From Macrostomum lignano (taxonomy: Eukaryota): a stretch of 64,000 nt of DNA. Location of the stretch: NCBI GenBank assembly GCA_002269645.1, contig NIVC01000032.1:1364001-1428000 (forward strand), written 5' to 3'. Positions 11,701 to 31,380 of this stretch are shown in pieces. The notes under the pieces were generated by a model. The model searched no databases, was not told the DNA's origin, and worked only from the letters and a program-made list of their open reading frames with translations. Made by a program: the position numbers and the translations under genes. How positions within the stretch are numbered: the first letter of the stretch is position 1; each line of letters starts with the position of its first letter.

Positions 11701-12404
11701 GGATGAGGTTTGATTAGTCATGTTAATTTATGTCTAAATTGGAGTCTCGGCTTGGCTCTGCTCGTGCAATTAACACCCAGTTTGAAAGCCAACCTGTGTG
11801 AGTGTGTGCCTGTGCGAATAACTGCTTGTGTGCCTGCTCAGGGGAGTCGGCAGAATGGCCAGTAATGCCTCTCGCCGCTTGTGTGACAATTTCGCTTAAA
11901 GTGCGCCGTGACAGTGCGCAGTGACAATGTCGCTGGCGGGGAGAATCGTCAAGATGTCGAGGCTCATTGGGGGGAATCACTGAAATTCTGTGGCTCATGG
12001 GAGGCTCTCCTTAAGAGCCCAACAATAATGACTACTGTATAAGGTCAAAACCTACGTGCAATTTAATTTTTGCCTCCCTAACGGAAGGGGGGCGTAGATT
12101 GCTAGTTTTTCACCTGTAGCTGCCTGATTTCACACAGGTATGGCTGCGACTCACCGACAGTTCGTGGCGACATCACACAGACTTGCATCTGCAGTTCGCC
12201 AATCAGCTAGCCGATGGCGCGGTGGACAGGTTCACCCTGCGTACCTGCCTACCAATCAGCGCTTTTGAATCGCAACGATTGGAATTCGCTTTGGGACTTC
12301 GAGTTGAAGGCGTGGAAGGCGAGTTCTGGGACAACAATAACGGTTGTAACTACGCATTCGAACGGCTGCCACAGCTGCATAGGGCCTCGTGCGCTTGCAA
12401 TTGA
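8741..12404 (+). CDS. Glycogen-targeting protein phosphatase 1 regulatory subunit (PPP1R3 family, RVxF + CBM21), 3 exons
   Basis: Exons 8741 (or 8585/8942)-9560, 11397-11593, 12138-12404; GT-AG and phase-consistent. Motifs RRRVRFADALG, LESV..., VQVQNLGPVKQVWLRLTDSSW and EFWDNNNGCNY (CBM21 signature). Start codon uncertain. Confidence 0.88.
9650..10599. repeat. 23-24-bp C/T-rich minisatellite with higher-order block duplication, in PPP1R3 intron 1
   Basis: Units TTCTTCCCCATAATTCCCCGAGT and TTCTTCCCCGAAATCCTCTCAAGA. A block starting CCAAAATCCTTCCCAAG recurs ~375 bp apart. The array resumes briefly at 11262-11290. Confidence 0.95.
10600..11261. mobile_element. Non-autonomous DNA transposon (hAT- or MULE-like) inserted into the minisatellite
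   Basis: TIRs CCCTATTGGAATAAGTT / AACTTATTCCAATAGGG, then a shared CGCGGACG; many internal CGCGAC(GCGAC) motifs. Flanked by AGACTCTT (8 bp), or by GAGACTCTTC (10 bp) if the TIR is one base shorter. Confidence 0.88.
11736..11904. repeat. Copy of the dispersed unclassified repeat (PPP1R3 intron 2)
   Basis: Clear similarity to 7534-7779. Confidence 0.8.
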
Positions 12405-14638
12405 CTGGCCCGACCTGATTTGACGCACCCGGTAGCCTTATTTAGAGCAGCTGCAACACGGGCTTAGAAATTTACCTTTGTCTCTACCTGTAGCTGTCTC
12501 AATTAATGAAAATTCGTGTCTTAAACATTTTTGCTAAACCTTTTTTGCGTTTATCGCGGCTTTTTTATCGTCCCCATTTAATTTGCTTCCGCTGTGTGCT
12601 CAGGAAATTAAATCGTCTTTGAGAATTGTTTAGGATTGGTGAAGGGGCTTTGGTTCTCATTAAAAGCGTTACCGTGACAATAATCGTTAAAGGGTCATTG
12701 CAAACAACTCCACTAGTGACTCTATAGGTCGACTCTTGTGAATTTTTAACGACTGCAATGCTTAACTTTCTACTAACTCAAGTAGACTAAATAGAGTTGT
12801 TGTAAATGCGAAATTCGGAATCATACAGTGACGCAGATGCGCTTTCGACGCAACTCAGTGATTCTACGACTCTGGTTGCGCCTCAGATCCGACTCTGCGG
12901 CCACGGAGTCACTTGCATCACCCCCAGAGTCGTTCCAAAGTCGCAGACAATAATACGTGTCAAATTGACTCTCAGGGAACTCTTTGACGACTTTTTGGCG
13001 ACTTGTATCAAGAAATTTCGTCAATTTATAGCCGTCTAGAGTCACTTCTTCTTGAGACTCTTTGACGACGTGGACACTGGGTCGCTTCTTGGCCTGGGTT
13101 ACAGTTTTCCCTGGCCTTTTTATAGCCCCAATAAACCCTGAAGTTTGTTTGGCTTTTAGAGTTTATTTAAACTGCTAAACTCCTGGATTTACGAGTCCAT
13201 GTTTTATGAATATTTTGCTTCCCCGGTTTTAATGTCTTTATGCTGCACGGTTCATTTAAACAAATTTCAAGTCGGCAATAAAATTAAAACTTGTTTTTGA
13301 TTTGATCAAAAACTTAATTTGAGTGTCACGCTATAATCATCTTATATATTGCTCATGCTTTACAAATTTCAAAGGATATTTTATACTGACTACTGAATAG
13401 TAGTAGTAAGCTTATATTAAAGTTATATTTTTGTATTTGACTGTTTAAACAAATATGGCTTAATATTGTGTTAAACCAAGTTTACTTGTGAATTTTAGTA
13501 ATTTGAATTATAATTGTTAGCTCGTACAGTCCTCTCGGTGGCCTGTAGTTTCCCTTTGATCTGTTATTTTGAACCTGTCTCGATAACCAAGTACATCTCA
13601 ATACAGCTCAATTTACTGGTTTGAGTCAAGCTTGACTCAACCGAATCTAAATAAAAAAAAATTGTTTTAACTTATGCTTTCCAGTGCGCTACATGAATAG
13701 CCCGTGTGCTTTTCAATATGCGCGACCTTGCAACTTTGCTTGGCCGATTAAAACAAAAATAAAATTCGTGTTGACAGTGATGACAATTGTTCATTCATTA
13801 CTAAACTTCAATTGAGCAGCATTTTAAGTCATTCGGTTACAAAAATAGTTCTAGTTTATCTGAACTTTGTGTAACACTTGAGCAGAGTTTAACTCCAACT
13901 CTAGATATTTGGATCGAAGCGAGACCTTGCAGCGCGCGCACTTTTGAGTGGCAGGGCACAATGCATTCGCGGTATAATAAAAGTCGCACAATGGCACTCA
14001 TTTTTTTAGAATCCTAGTAATCATTATTTCAGCTACCGAATTGACCCTTTCGAGACCTACGAGTATCTACGTGTATCAACTCTATCTTACAATGCACTGT
14101 TGTCTGTCACACGTTTTAATCACACCTTCAACTTTTTCAAACGTATTAGCTGGCTAGAGTTGGACTTATCTATCGCATTGCTTAGCAAAGGTGAGATAAA
14201 CTACAGGCAATACAGAAGCTAACTTGACCTTCGCCACCCAGCAAGCCAGTGCAGTTTGACTTTGATACCAACTGGACCCACTGTTCTGACGCACGCGGTG
14301 CCAATGTGAACTCTGCGACTGACCCCCCGAGTCTCATAGCCCCGATAAGACTCAGCAGAATTGGACAGCGCGGTGGTATTTGAGTTCTGCAATAAATCTG
14401 TAATCAGCCAGCGAGGCCGGTTATTTTATTCAAAGTGAGAGCACAATATCGTCGAATGGTCAGTCTCGATAAGCGCATTAAGTCGAGCGGGAATAGTTGA
14501 CCCCAACTTATTCAAACTGTCAATCAGTATTGTAGGCCTGCGCGTGTATCTCAATAACGAAATCTATTTATCGAACTATACCCAAGCCTATACCCAGGAA
14601 AATTTTATCATCCAAGCACGTTCGTTGAACTTGAAAAA

Positions 14639-16879
14639 ATGACCGCCGGCAAGACAGCGATAGACATCTCGCTCGAGGCTCTGCCCGAAGTTGATGAACG
14701 CCAGAAACTACGGCCGCCGCCGAGGGACACACTTCGCCTGGTATACATCGCGTTTTTGCTTCACGGTGTGGGCATTCTGCTACCCTGGAATCTATTCATC
14801 AATGCCAAGGAGTACTTTGAGAACTACAAGCTCAACACGAACATCTCGCGCGAGGCGGACTACAGGCACAATTTTATGAACTACATCGGCCTCGGGTCTC
14901 AGCTGCCCAACATGCTCATGCTGGCTTGCAACGTCTTCTTTCAACCGTTGACGACCAGCGAAGGACAGGAAAAAACTGGCAGCAAAAATGCCGCACGTCG
15001 CATTATGCTGGTGATCCTGATCGAAGTTTGCGTCTGCGCCACCACCGCCATCATGGCCTTGGTGGACACGAGCGAATGCCCGCGATTGTTCTTCGATGTC
15101 ACGCTAATCAGTGTCATTGTGCTTAACTGTTGCACCGGCGTCTATCAGTCCTCAGCGTTCGGCATGGCGGGTGTGCTGCCCATGACCTACTCCAGTGCGA
15201 TCGTGCTGGGTAAGGCGTCTATCGTGATGCTTCTCGTGCGTGTCGTAGGAATCAGGGGCGTCGCCACCGGGGAGGGGGGGATGCCACAGTAAAAGCTGTG
15301 GGGGGGTTATGCCAATGCTTTGTCCCCCTCACCCAACCTTGTGATCCGTTATGAAAATCAATAATTTTGCTTCAGGGTGACAAAATATAGTGCCTGCGGC
15401 GCTAAAATGAGTGCCTGCAGCGCTAAAATGAGTGCCTGTGGCGCTAAAATGAGTGCCTGTGTCGCTAAAATGAGTGCCTGCGGCGCCAAAATGAGTGCCT
15501 GCGGCGCTAAAATGAGTGCCTGCGGCGCTAAAATAAGTGCCTGCGGCGCTAAAATGAGTGCCTGCGGCGCTAAAATGAGTGCCTGCCCAGACCTCATGGT
15601 GACAAGGGAGATATTAGTTTATTAGCTAGTCACAGAACAGCTTAACATAAGTGCGCTGTTACTACTAATCCAAATCTCCGAGTATCTCTCTGGAGCCGGC
15701 ACAGATATGGGGTGACGGAGGCCCACAAAATTTAGCAAACTTTTGCTCATCACTTTCCCAGCAAGCTTAAACATGCCACTTAAAATTCACTTGAAGCACT
15801 GAAGCATTTTAACGTCGTTTTACGCAACGCAGGTAACAACATCTGCGGAACAGTGGTTGCCATTGTGAACATTGTTAGTCGGCTGGCATCTTCGCAGAAT
15901 CTGCAAATGACCGCCGTTGGCTATTTCTCATTCTCTGTCGTACTGCTACTCATCTGCTTCTCCTCGCTCCTCATATTGCCGAAGCTGCCGTTCTATCGGC
16001 ACTACCAGCAGCCGCCGTCGCAACCGCATTCGTCTGAGAGGACCTGCGACACGACGCAAGGCGGCGCTAAGAACCGACTGCTCAATGAGCAGACGTCTTT
16101 CGAATCGGACGACTCAACTGAAACTGTAAACGGATGCTGCGATGAGAATCTGGAAACTTTCAGGGCTTGTTGTGCTTTGTGCTGTATCCGCAAGGGACCT
16201 GTGGCTGCGTGCTCCAGGTGAGCCAGCCGATTTTTTTAAAGAGTTGCCGATTTCCAAGTCAATTGAATTTTGGTAAAACAGCTGTGTCGTCAAAGTTGAA
16301 TTCATAACTTTGAACCACAATTTCAGATACTGGCAGCGATACCTGGCTGCCTTCAAAGAGTGCTGGGTTCACTGCCTCAGCGTCTGGTCGACATTCTTCT
16401 GCACGCTGGCCTGCTTTCCAGCCGTTCAATCGGCCATCCGTCCGGTCCAGCTGCTGTCCATAGAGGCCTGGTTCACCGACATCTTCGTGTTCCTCGGCTT
16501 CAACCTGTTCGCCATGCTGGGCAGTCTGGCGTCAAATTTTGTACAATTCCCAAAACCACGCTGGCTGGCACTGGCCGTGTGGATTCGAACCCTAATCTTC
16601 ATACCGTTCTTCATCATGTGCAACTGTTTCCCGGACAACCGGGCCCCGGCATTCCCGGTGGTCATCGCTAATGACTACGTGTTCGCGGCGGGCATGGTGT
16701 TGTTCGCTTTCACCGGCGGCTACTTCAGCGCCCTCTGCATGATGTACGCGCCAAGGGACGTGAAGAATCCAAAGCACGCGGCATTGGCTGGCATGGTGTC
16801 GTCATTCTTCCTGGTCTCCGGCATCTTCTGCGGAGTGGCCTTCGGTGGAGTGCTGTTCAATGTGGTGCAGGCGCATTAG
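14639..16879 (+). CDS. Equilibrative nucleoside transporter (SLC29/ENT family), intact copy, 3 exons, 502 aa
   Basis: Exons 14639-15209, 15833-16217, 16327-16879 (1509 nt). PPPRD..LVY..F.LHG.G.LLPWN.FI.A..YF, G.YQSS.FG, F..TLA.FPAV, FNLF..LGS and FAFTGGY.S.L.MMYAP motifs with multiple hydrophobic TM segments. Confidence 0.95.
15253..15590 (+). mobile_element. hAT-type MITE carrying a 21-bp minisatellite (ATGAGTGCCTGCGGCGCTAAA); right end deleted in this copy
   Basis: Left end GTAGGAAT|CAGGGGCGTCGC is identical to the complete copies at 32620-33474 and 50141-50978; right TIR and TSD are missing. Confidence 0.85.
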
Positions 16880-17719
16880 GCCGCTTAGAAAATTCCAAAT
16901 ATATCAACTTATGGATGGAGCAAATAGTCAAGCTGCATAAAGCTCGTCACTCTTAATGTCTCGATGTTAAAAAATCTTAAAAATATGTTACTTTTTCTAG
17001 AGCAGCTAGATGACGTATTTCTATATTACAATTTCTAGTTCTATAAGCTCAGATATAACTTTGTTATAGTGCGTCATAATTTCCGGTGTTGCAGTCGTTG
17101 ATCTTTATCTAGAGACAGATTATAACAATTTAGTAAGACCCCTTTAAATCAAATTGCTATTGCATTAGACGCTCCAGTACTTTCTGGTGACCCTATTTGT
17201 CATTGACGTTGGCTAATTTTATAGCTTCAATTTTTGGCCTCCATCTAGCTGGTTGAGTTTTGTCACGTCAACGAAGAAAACTTGTTTGCAGTTCAATTTT
17301 TGCGTATCTGTCACTCTTTTGGTGTATTTTTTGTTAAATTAAACTATATTTAGGCTGTAAGCTATCGTGATGAAACTATAACTCAGTACTTCAATACAAT
17401 TAGTAAATATGTAATATCATGCAATGTCAATTAATTTTAATATGGTGATTAATGTGCAACAGCTAGAATTAATTGCTGCATACTGAGAATTATAAATACT
17501 TTACCAAATGTTTCTGCTGATTCTGGTTGCTGAATTTTGAAAGTCTGAGAGACCCTATAGATCAAACATTAGCTACTTAATAAGTAGTACGAGTATAAGC
17601 ATGATTCAATTTTGATTGGTCAGTTGCGTTAAAATATACTGATATTCCTCTATATGTGCTACTCATATTGTTGAAGTAAGTAAGTAAAGCGTTTTTTATT
17701 ATTTAATGACTTTCAAATC

Positions 17720-18025
17720 CACTTATATGACACATATGCATTACCCCTAAGTTCACGTCCGCCAGCATTGCAAGTTAAGCCGAGTTGCTCCTGGTTAGTG
17801 CACACAGTTAAAGTTGCTATGCTTGTGTCCAGGGAGTTTTTCAGCGACCAGGTTTCGGCGTTCGACCACTGCCTCATAGAACAAAGCCGCCCTCTGGCGG
17901 CTATAAGAATTTGACCTACAGGACCGCTTTTACAGCAGGAAACACGACGCCCATACAAGCTCTAATCAAAATTGCGGACGTCAAGAACCAGACCGCCGAG
18001 GTAGACGAACTGCTGGTGCCATGAG
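17720..18025 (-). mobile_element. Degenerate non-LTR retrotransposon (RTE/CR1-like) fragment; copies at ~35580-35886 and ~53090-53395
   Basis: Minus-strand frames read QQFVYLGGLV (post-RT F.YLG motif) and, after frameshifts, ..YEAVV../NAETWSL, resembling the LY.A.V...LLY.AETW motif. Confidence 0.5.
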
Positions 18026-19245
18026 AATCTCTCTCACCCTAAGAATCTCTCTCACCTTTGAAAATCTCTCTCACTTTGAGAATATCTCACCTGGAGAATC
18101 TCTCACCTTGAGAATATCTCGCCTGGAGAATCTGTCACCTAGAGAATCTCTTACCGGGAGAATCTGTCACCTGGAGAATCTCTCATCTTGATCATCTCTC
18201 GCCTGGAGAATATCTCACCCTGAGAATCTCTCACCTGGAAAATCTCTCACCTTGAGAATCTTTCCCTAAAGAGAATCTCTCACCTTGAGAATCTCTCACC
18301 TTGGGAATCTCTCTCACCCTGAGAATCTCTCACCTGGAGAATCTTTCCCTTAGAGAATCTCTCAACTTGAGAATCTCTCACCTGGAGAATCTTTCCCTTA
18401 GAGAATCTCTCAACTTGAGAATCTCTCAACTTGAGAATCTCTCACCTTGAGAATCTTTCCCTTAGACAATCTCTCACTTTGAAACTCTCTCACCTTGAGA
18501 ATCTCTCACCTTGGGAATCTCTCACCCTGAGAATCTCTCTCACCTTGAGAATCTCTCACCTTGGGAATCTCTCACCCTGAGAATGTCTCACCTTGAGAAC
18601 CTCTCACCCTGATAATATCTTGCCTGGAGAATCTGTAACCTGGAGAATCTCTCATCTTGTTAATCTCTCGCCTGGAGAATATCTCACATGGAGAATCTCT
18701 CACCGGGAGAATCTGTCACCTGGAGAATCTCTCATCTTGATAATCTCTCGCCTGGAGAATATCTCACCTTGAGAATCTCTCACCTGGAAAATCTCTCACC
18801 TGGAGAATCTCTCACCTGGAGAATCTCTCATCTAAAGAATCTCTCACCTGGAGAATCTCTCACCTTGAGAATCTCTCACCTTGAGAATCTCTCACCTGGA
18901 GAATCTCTCACCTGGAGAATCTCTCACCTAGAGAATCTCTCACCTGGAGAATCTCTCAACTTGAGAATCTCTCTCACCTTGAGAATCTCTCACCTTGGGA
19001 ATCACTCACCCTGAGAATGTGTCACCTTGAGAACCTCTCACCCTGATAATATCTTGCCTGGAGAATCTCTCACCTGGAGAATCTCTCACCGGGAGAATCT
19101 GTCACCTGGAGAATCTCTCATCTTGATAATCTCTCGCCTGGAGAATATCTCACCTGGAGAATCTCTCACCTTGAGAATCTCTCACCTGGAGAATCTCTCA
19201 CCTGGAAAATCTCTCACCTGGAGAATCTCTCACCTGGGGAATCTG
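18025..19245. repeat. 16-bp minisatellite (GAGAATCTCTCACCTG/T); shorter copies at 35887-36540 and 53395-54050
   Basis: About 70 units; reverse complement of the array at 20300-20762. Confidence 0.97.
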
Positions 19246-19596
19246 TAGAACCTGCCTTAAAATCCACCATTTTAACGAACTCGCAAGGCTTGTTATGAAC
19301 AGCTAAACAGCAAAATTTAAAATTTAAAAAATTTTAATTAATTAGATTCAATTAAAAAAAGCCTAAGCTGCGAGAAGTGAATTTATTGCAAAGATGACAT
19401 TTCTTGTTTAACTAAGCGTTCGCAAAATTGTTTCAATGCTTTCATTCGACGCAAAAATTATCGAGCAACAGGTGTTTCGAAGTCGCGCATGACCTTTATG
19501 CCATTCTGTTTTATTTAAATAAATAACCTCTGAAACGGCTAAAAGCTTTAAAATTATTTCATCCAGCTCGACACTTGCTGGCCGCCTGTTTCTACA

Positions 19597-27030
<7,434 letters not shown>

Positions 27031-27090
27031 AGATTTACATAATAAATTTAACTAACATTACAAAACAGTTTAAAATCTTAACAATGTAAT

Positions 27091-27165
27091 CAGTTGTCGG
27101 CAACCTTTTTACTTCAAGGGCCAAATATAAAAGTCTTGATGATTGCTGCGGGCCGGATGATAGAT
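27091..27165 (+). mobile_element. Possible decayed hAT (Charlie-like) left end; also at ~43011 and ~60703
   Basis: CAGTTGTCGGCAACCTTTTT...AAGGGCCA...GCGGGCCGGAT resembles hAT-Charlie termini; no matching right end found. Confidence 0.35.
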
Positions 27166-28347
27166 GACAGATTAGAGAGGTGAGAGAAAAGATTAGATAA
27201 AAGATAAGAGATGAGATGAGAGGAGAGAGCTGAGAAGAGACACAAACCTTGAGCGGGCTGGATTGCTATAGTGAAGTTTCAAAGGATCAAAGGAATTGTT
27301 TCAAAGGCCGGATAGAGAGGTGAAATACATATTTCACCCCTACACTTCTACGGTAAAATTACCCCTGCACTATTAATTTTAACGGTTTTCCTTAATTAAC
27401 GGTTTTAATTTTAACGACTTCTGCTATCCAATTCTACTGTATTATTACAGTTTTGCACTTAACTCATTACTATCGCAAAAACGAAAAATAAATCCGATAA
27501 AATCACTCACAAAAGTAGATAAACTTCGTTAACAGAAAATGTTCAATTTTTTTTCAAACAAAATCTGAAGTAAATTATAACAAAATAATAGAAATATGTC
27601 AATGGTTTGGAATGTTTAAAACAATCTTTGAGATAAAATCGGTCTGGAATTTATTGAAACCGGCATAAAAAACTGTGAGCTTGGAAATTATAGTGCTTAT
27701 TAAATACTAGACAGTATAATTATAGTTTGAAAGATATAAGAAGCATAATACATGATAATATATACACCACGCAAAAAGTGAGTAAGATAAGCACTGAAAG
27801 ATGCAGGTTAGCATAATTGCGCATCATATTTTAACAGTAAAACGAGTGAAATAAATAAATAATTCCGGAAAAAATTACTAATTAACCTGCTAACTATTTC
27901 GGCTGAAAGGAGATTCAATGTGACAAATATGAGAATATTTGCAACATATTTTAATTTGAAGGCACACACAATAAAGGAAAAAGTAATCAAGTTTTGAATT
28001 ATGAGCAACAATGCTCGATAAAAACCTGCTATGCTTGCACAATAGATTGAGATTGCAAATAGAATTTCTGTATAAATTATTACAGATAGTGCACCTGAAT
28101 ATTGCAAAAATAAATTATTGAATTAATAAATTATTGCTCTAAAAACTGCAGTTTTTTTAAATACGAAATTATTACAAGCAAAAATTTGAAGAAATGTTTA
28201 ACTTGCTTAAAGCTGCAATATTCGGTTTATTTTTTGTTAAATTGGCTGAGCTCAAATTGCTCATCAATAAGTTTTTAACAATTTTGACTCTCTGATGTGC
28301 CAGCGGCCCAGGCTCGATTTCAAGTGCAGTCGCATTAATCTGGGGCT

Positions 28348-28592
28348 AAATTGGAATCTCGGCTTGGCTCTGCTCGTGCAATTAATGTCATTAAGAGCCA
28401 ACCCCCCAAGGCACAGTGAAGTGTACATGCCTAACGATTAATAAAGTTAAGGCCGCTGTACACTCCTGTGTGTGTGTGCCTGTGCGTATGACTGCGTACG
28501 TATCCGCGCGCTTGTGTGCCTGCTCAGGGGAGTCGGCGGAATGGGGGCAGCAATGCCTCTCGCCGGTTGTGCGACAATGTCGCTTAAAGTGC
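28348..28592. repeat. Copy of the dispersed unclassified repeat; copies at 45135-45377 and 61952-62194
   Basis: Similarity to 7534-7779. Confidence 0.85.
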
Positions 28593-28652
28593 GCCCGAGT
28601 GCATACAGCTCCCTGCCTCTAATAAAAAATCTCTTCAGTGCATTTTTCAAGC

Positions 28653-29042
28653 GAATTGTCTATGGCCCAACCCACTGAGCTGTAACTCAGTTTGAAACCG
28701 GCACTGCAGATAAAGTTTGTTTTTTTACTTTAGTCATTGAATTGTCTATGGCCCAACCCCACTGAGCTGTCACTCAGTTTGAAACCGGCACTGCAGATAA
28801 AGTTTGTTTTTTTACTTTAGTCATTGAATTGTCTATGGCCCAACCCCACTGAGCTGTCACTCAGTTTGAAACCGGCACTGCAGATAAAGTTTGTTTTTTT
28901 ACTTTAGTCATTGAATTGTCTATGGCCCAACCCCACTGAGCTGTCACTCAGTTTGAAACCGGCACTGCAGATAAAGTTTGTTTTTTTACTTTAGTCATTG
29001 AATTGTCTATGGCCCAACCCCACTGAGCTGTCACTCAGTTTG
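28653..29042. repeat. 87-bp tandem repeat (4 full units; 6 at 45438-46000 and 3 at 62254-62550)
   Basis: Unit GAATTGTCTATGGCCCAACCCCACTGAGCTGTCACTCAGTTTGAAACCGGCACTGCAGATAAAGTTTG(T)nACTTTAGTCATT. No unique spacers. Confidence 0.96.
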
Positions 29043-29482
29043 ACCCCAGCGAGGCGGCAGATTTTGGCCTCGGCAGCCGACTGGCAGAAGTCGATCGAAA
29101 TTTTCTAGCAACAGCACCGGAGCTTTGCCGCTGCTCAGTTTGAGACGCCGGCATAGGCCAGTAGTTGCGGCGCCGATTGGCATGTTGCCGATGTTGCTGC
29201 TTTTGCACCAGCTGGAGCCGGTCAAGAAGACTGCATAGGCGGCTAACGAATTCAAACTGGCTGGTGTACCCTGTCTCAGCAGGGCTAGCGGGCGATAGTT
29301 ACGCTTGAGTAGGTCGGTGTTTGAGCACAGGTGCTTTAGCCAGGCTGACAAGAAACCGGCACTGCAGATAAAGTTTGCTTTTTTACTTTAGTCATTAAAT
29401 TTGAGCACAAATGCTAGGAAAGCAAATCCCATTAATCTCTTAACCATGCAATCTAATCAAAACACTTATTGACAAACCACTA

Positions 29483-29640
29483 GGGTTGTAGCCTCCTCAA
29501 GACTCACGACTGAAAGGTTAGGGGTTCGTTTCCCGATCCCACTGAAACAATTTGTGTCCTTGAGAGCAAGACACTCAACTCTGCATTGCTTGAGTTCACC
29601 CAGCTGTAAAATGGGTGCCAGCATTAGCTGGGGGAATTGA
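29483..29640 (+). mobile_element. tRNA-derived SINE with a CORE-like central domain; copies at ~46440-46597 and ~62993-63150
   Basis: B-box GGTTCG(A/T)TTCCC, followed by GTGTCCTTGAGAGCAAGACACTCAAC...CAGCTGTAAAATGGG, similar to the MIR/CORE motif GTGACCTTGGGCAAGT.ACTTAAC...ATCTGTAAAATGGG. Confidence 0.65.
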
Positions 29641-29715
29641 GGGTGTGTGTGGCGACCCCCCCCCCCAGTCCTTGGACTGAACAGCCTTTAGACTGCGCCA
29701 CACAGTAGCTGCGGC

Positions 29716-30004
29716 CATACATGCGCAACCTTCAAAAATCGGTCGGCCGTGTGACTTAGTTTTTATAAAAATGCGACGTAGTTTTTGGCCAAAAAATGCG
29801 ACTTACATATAAAAAAACCCAAGCAAAATTAACGCAACTTTGGGTAAACAACAGGAGTAACTGTCTTATTAAGCCAACATGTCTCGTCAGCTACTTAGTA
29901 CTACCACTTGAGTATCTGTTCGGGTGGGCATTTTTGCGACTTCTTTGTTTGGCTGCCAAATCGGTCGGCCGTCGGCCGACTCGGCCGACTGTTATGCATG
30001 TATG
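29716..30004. mobile_element. 289-bp hAT-type MITE in a RUN-gene intron; copy at 63227-63521, absent from unit 2
   Basis: TIRs CATACATGCGCAAC / GTTATGCATGTATG, 8-bp TSD GCTGCGGC (29708-15 and 30005-12). A single GCTGCGGC is present at the empty site ~46675. Confidence 0.9.
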
Positions 30005-30899
30005 GCTGCGGCTGTGTCGGTTGCGCATCTGCCTATTATGGCAGGTGTAATCAATTAACTATGCTTTTCTCCTAAACCTCCCATTCCATGTATCAAAGCT
30101 AATTTCCACTCACTTTAAACAGGCAACGACAAAGGCATCGAATCGGCCCTGTTCGCCATTTGATTCGCTTTTCGAAGCATTTATTTGACGCACAATGGCC
30201 GACAGCTTTGGACCAATCGGTACTGCGGAAATTTGGAAATGTAAAATCAATAGATTGAGACGCAAAGCAATCGAACCCCCCTCGTTCGTGGGTTCTGAGA
30301 CTCACCGCAACTGGCACAAGACTCTTCAACCAGCAGACACAGCGGCGAAGCCATCAGTCTGCTTTTCTTTAACAGCAGATTTCTCTGTTGAACAGTTCTA
30401 GCCTTGCTAACATTGCCGCCAAATTGGTTGACAAATTCGGCTGTGGACCAAGCGCTGGACATTGCTAAACCGTTGCTAACTAGACTGTACAATGAGCGGC
30501 ACAGTAAACCTACAATAACAGATGAAGATTGACCGTTGCTAGGCAAACTGCAGATCGATATCAGCTGTTCGACAGCAGACGCGGCTTGAGCAGACAATCG
30601 ATTGAGTTGGCGAGTAGGCGATTCGGGAACTGGAAGGCGAGGTGGCGCAGCAGTTTGAGCCGGTTTGCTGGACACTGGCGAGCCGCAGAATTCCAAAGGC
30701 TGGCTGTCCTCGTCGTCGCCATAGAGACCAACTGACTGGGGTATTACCTGGTCTCGGGAAATATTGTTGAGCACGGCGGGGGGCGTTTGAGCACGGATTG
30801 ATTGGTTAATTAGTCTTCAGGATGTCAAGTTAGTCTATAGGAAGTTATATCTATCTTTGGGATTTTTCAGTTAGCCAGTAGGAAATACGAGGAATTTTG

Positions 30900-31380
30900 T
30901 TAAAATTAGTCAGTGGGAATCATGGGGAATTTTTGAGAATTAGTCAGTGGGAATCATGAGGAACTTTTTCAGAATTAGTCAGTGGGAATCATGGGAAAAT
31001 TTTTTGGAATTAGTGAAAGGGAATCATGGGGAATTTTTTCAGAATTAGTCAGTGGGAATCATGAGGAACTTTTTCAGAATTAGTCAGTGGGAAATTGGAA
31101 TCATGGGGAATTTTTTAGAATTAGTCAGTGGGAATCATGGGGAACTTTTTCAGAATTAGTCAGTGGGAATCATGGGGAATTTTTTTAGAATTAGTCAGTG
31201 GGAATCATGGGGGACTTTTTTAGAATTAGTCAGTGGGAATCATGGGGAATTTTTGAGAATTAATCAGTGGGAAATGGGAATCAGGGGGGATTTTTGAGAA
31301 TTAGTCAGTGGGAAATGGGAATCATGGGGAATTTTTTTATAATTAGTCAGTGGGAATCATGGGGAATTTTAATCAGTGGG
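30900..31380. repeat. 35-bp minisatellite (AGAATTAGTCAGTGGGAATCATGGGGAACTTTTTT) in a RUN-gene intron; expanded at 47520-48900
   Basis: About 13 versus ~39 units. Confidence 0.95.

Noticed and set aside
14639-14730. Lysosomal dileucine signal in the ENT N-tail (ENT3-like)
   Set aside because: No [DE]xxxL[LI] match, so the subfamily was not assigned.
28653-29042. CRISPR-like array or hammerhead ribozyme (CTGAG...GAAAC with a hairpin)
   Set aside because: No unique spacers, eukaryotic context, and no CUGANGA core; explained as an exon-end-derived tandem repeat.
29043-29352. Apparent ~310-bp insertion into the last 87-bp unit
   Set aside because: It is the interior of the RUN gene's terminal exon; the repeat derives from its flanks.
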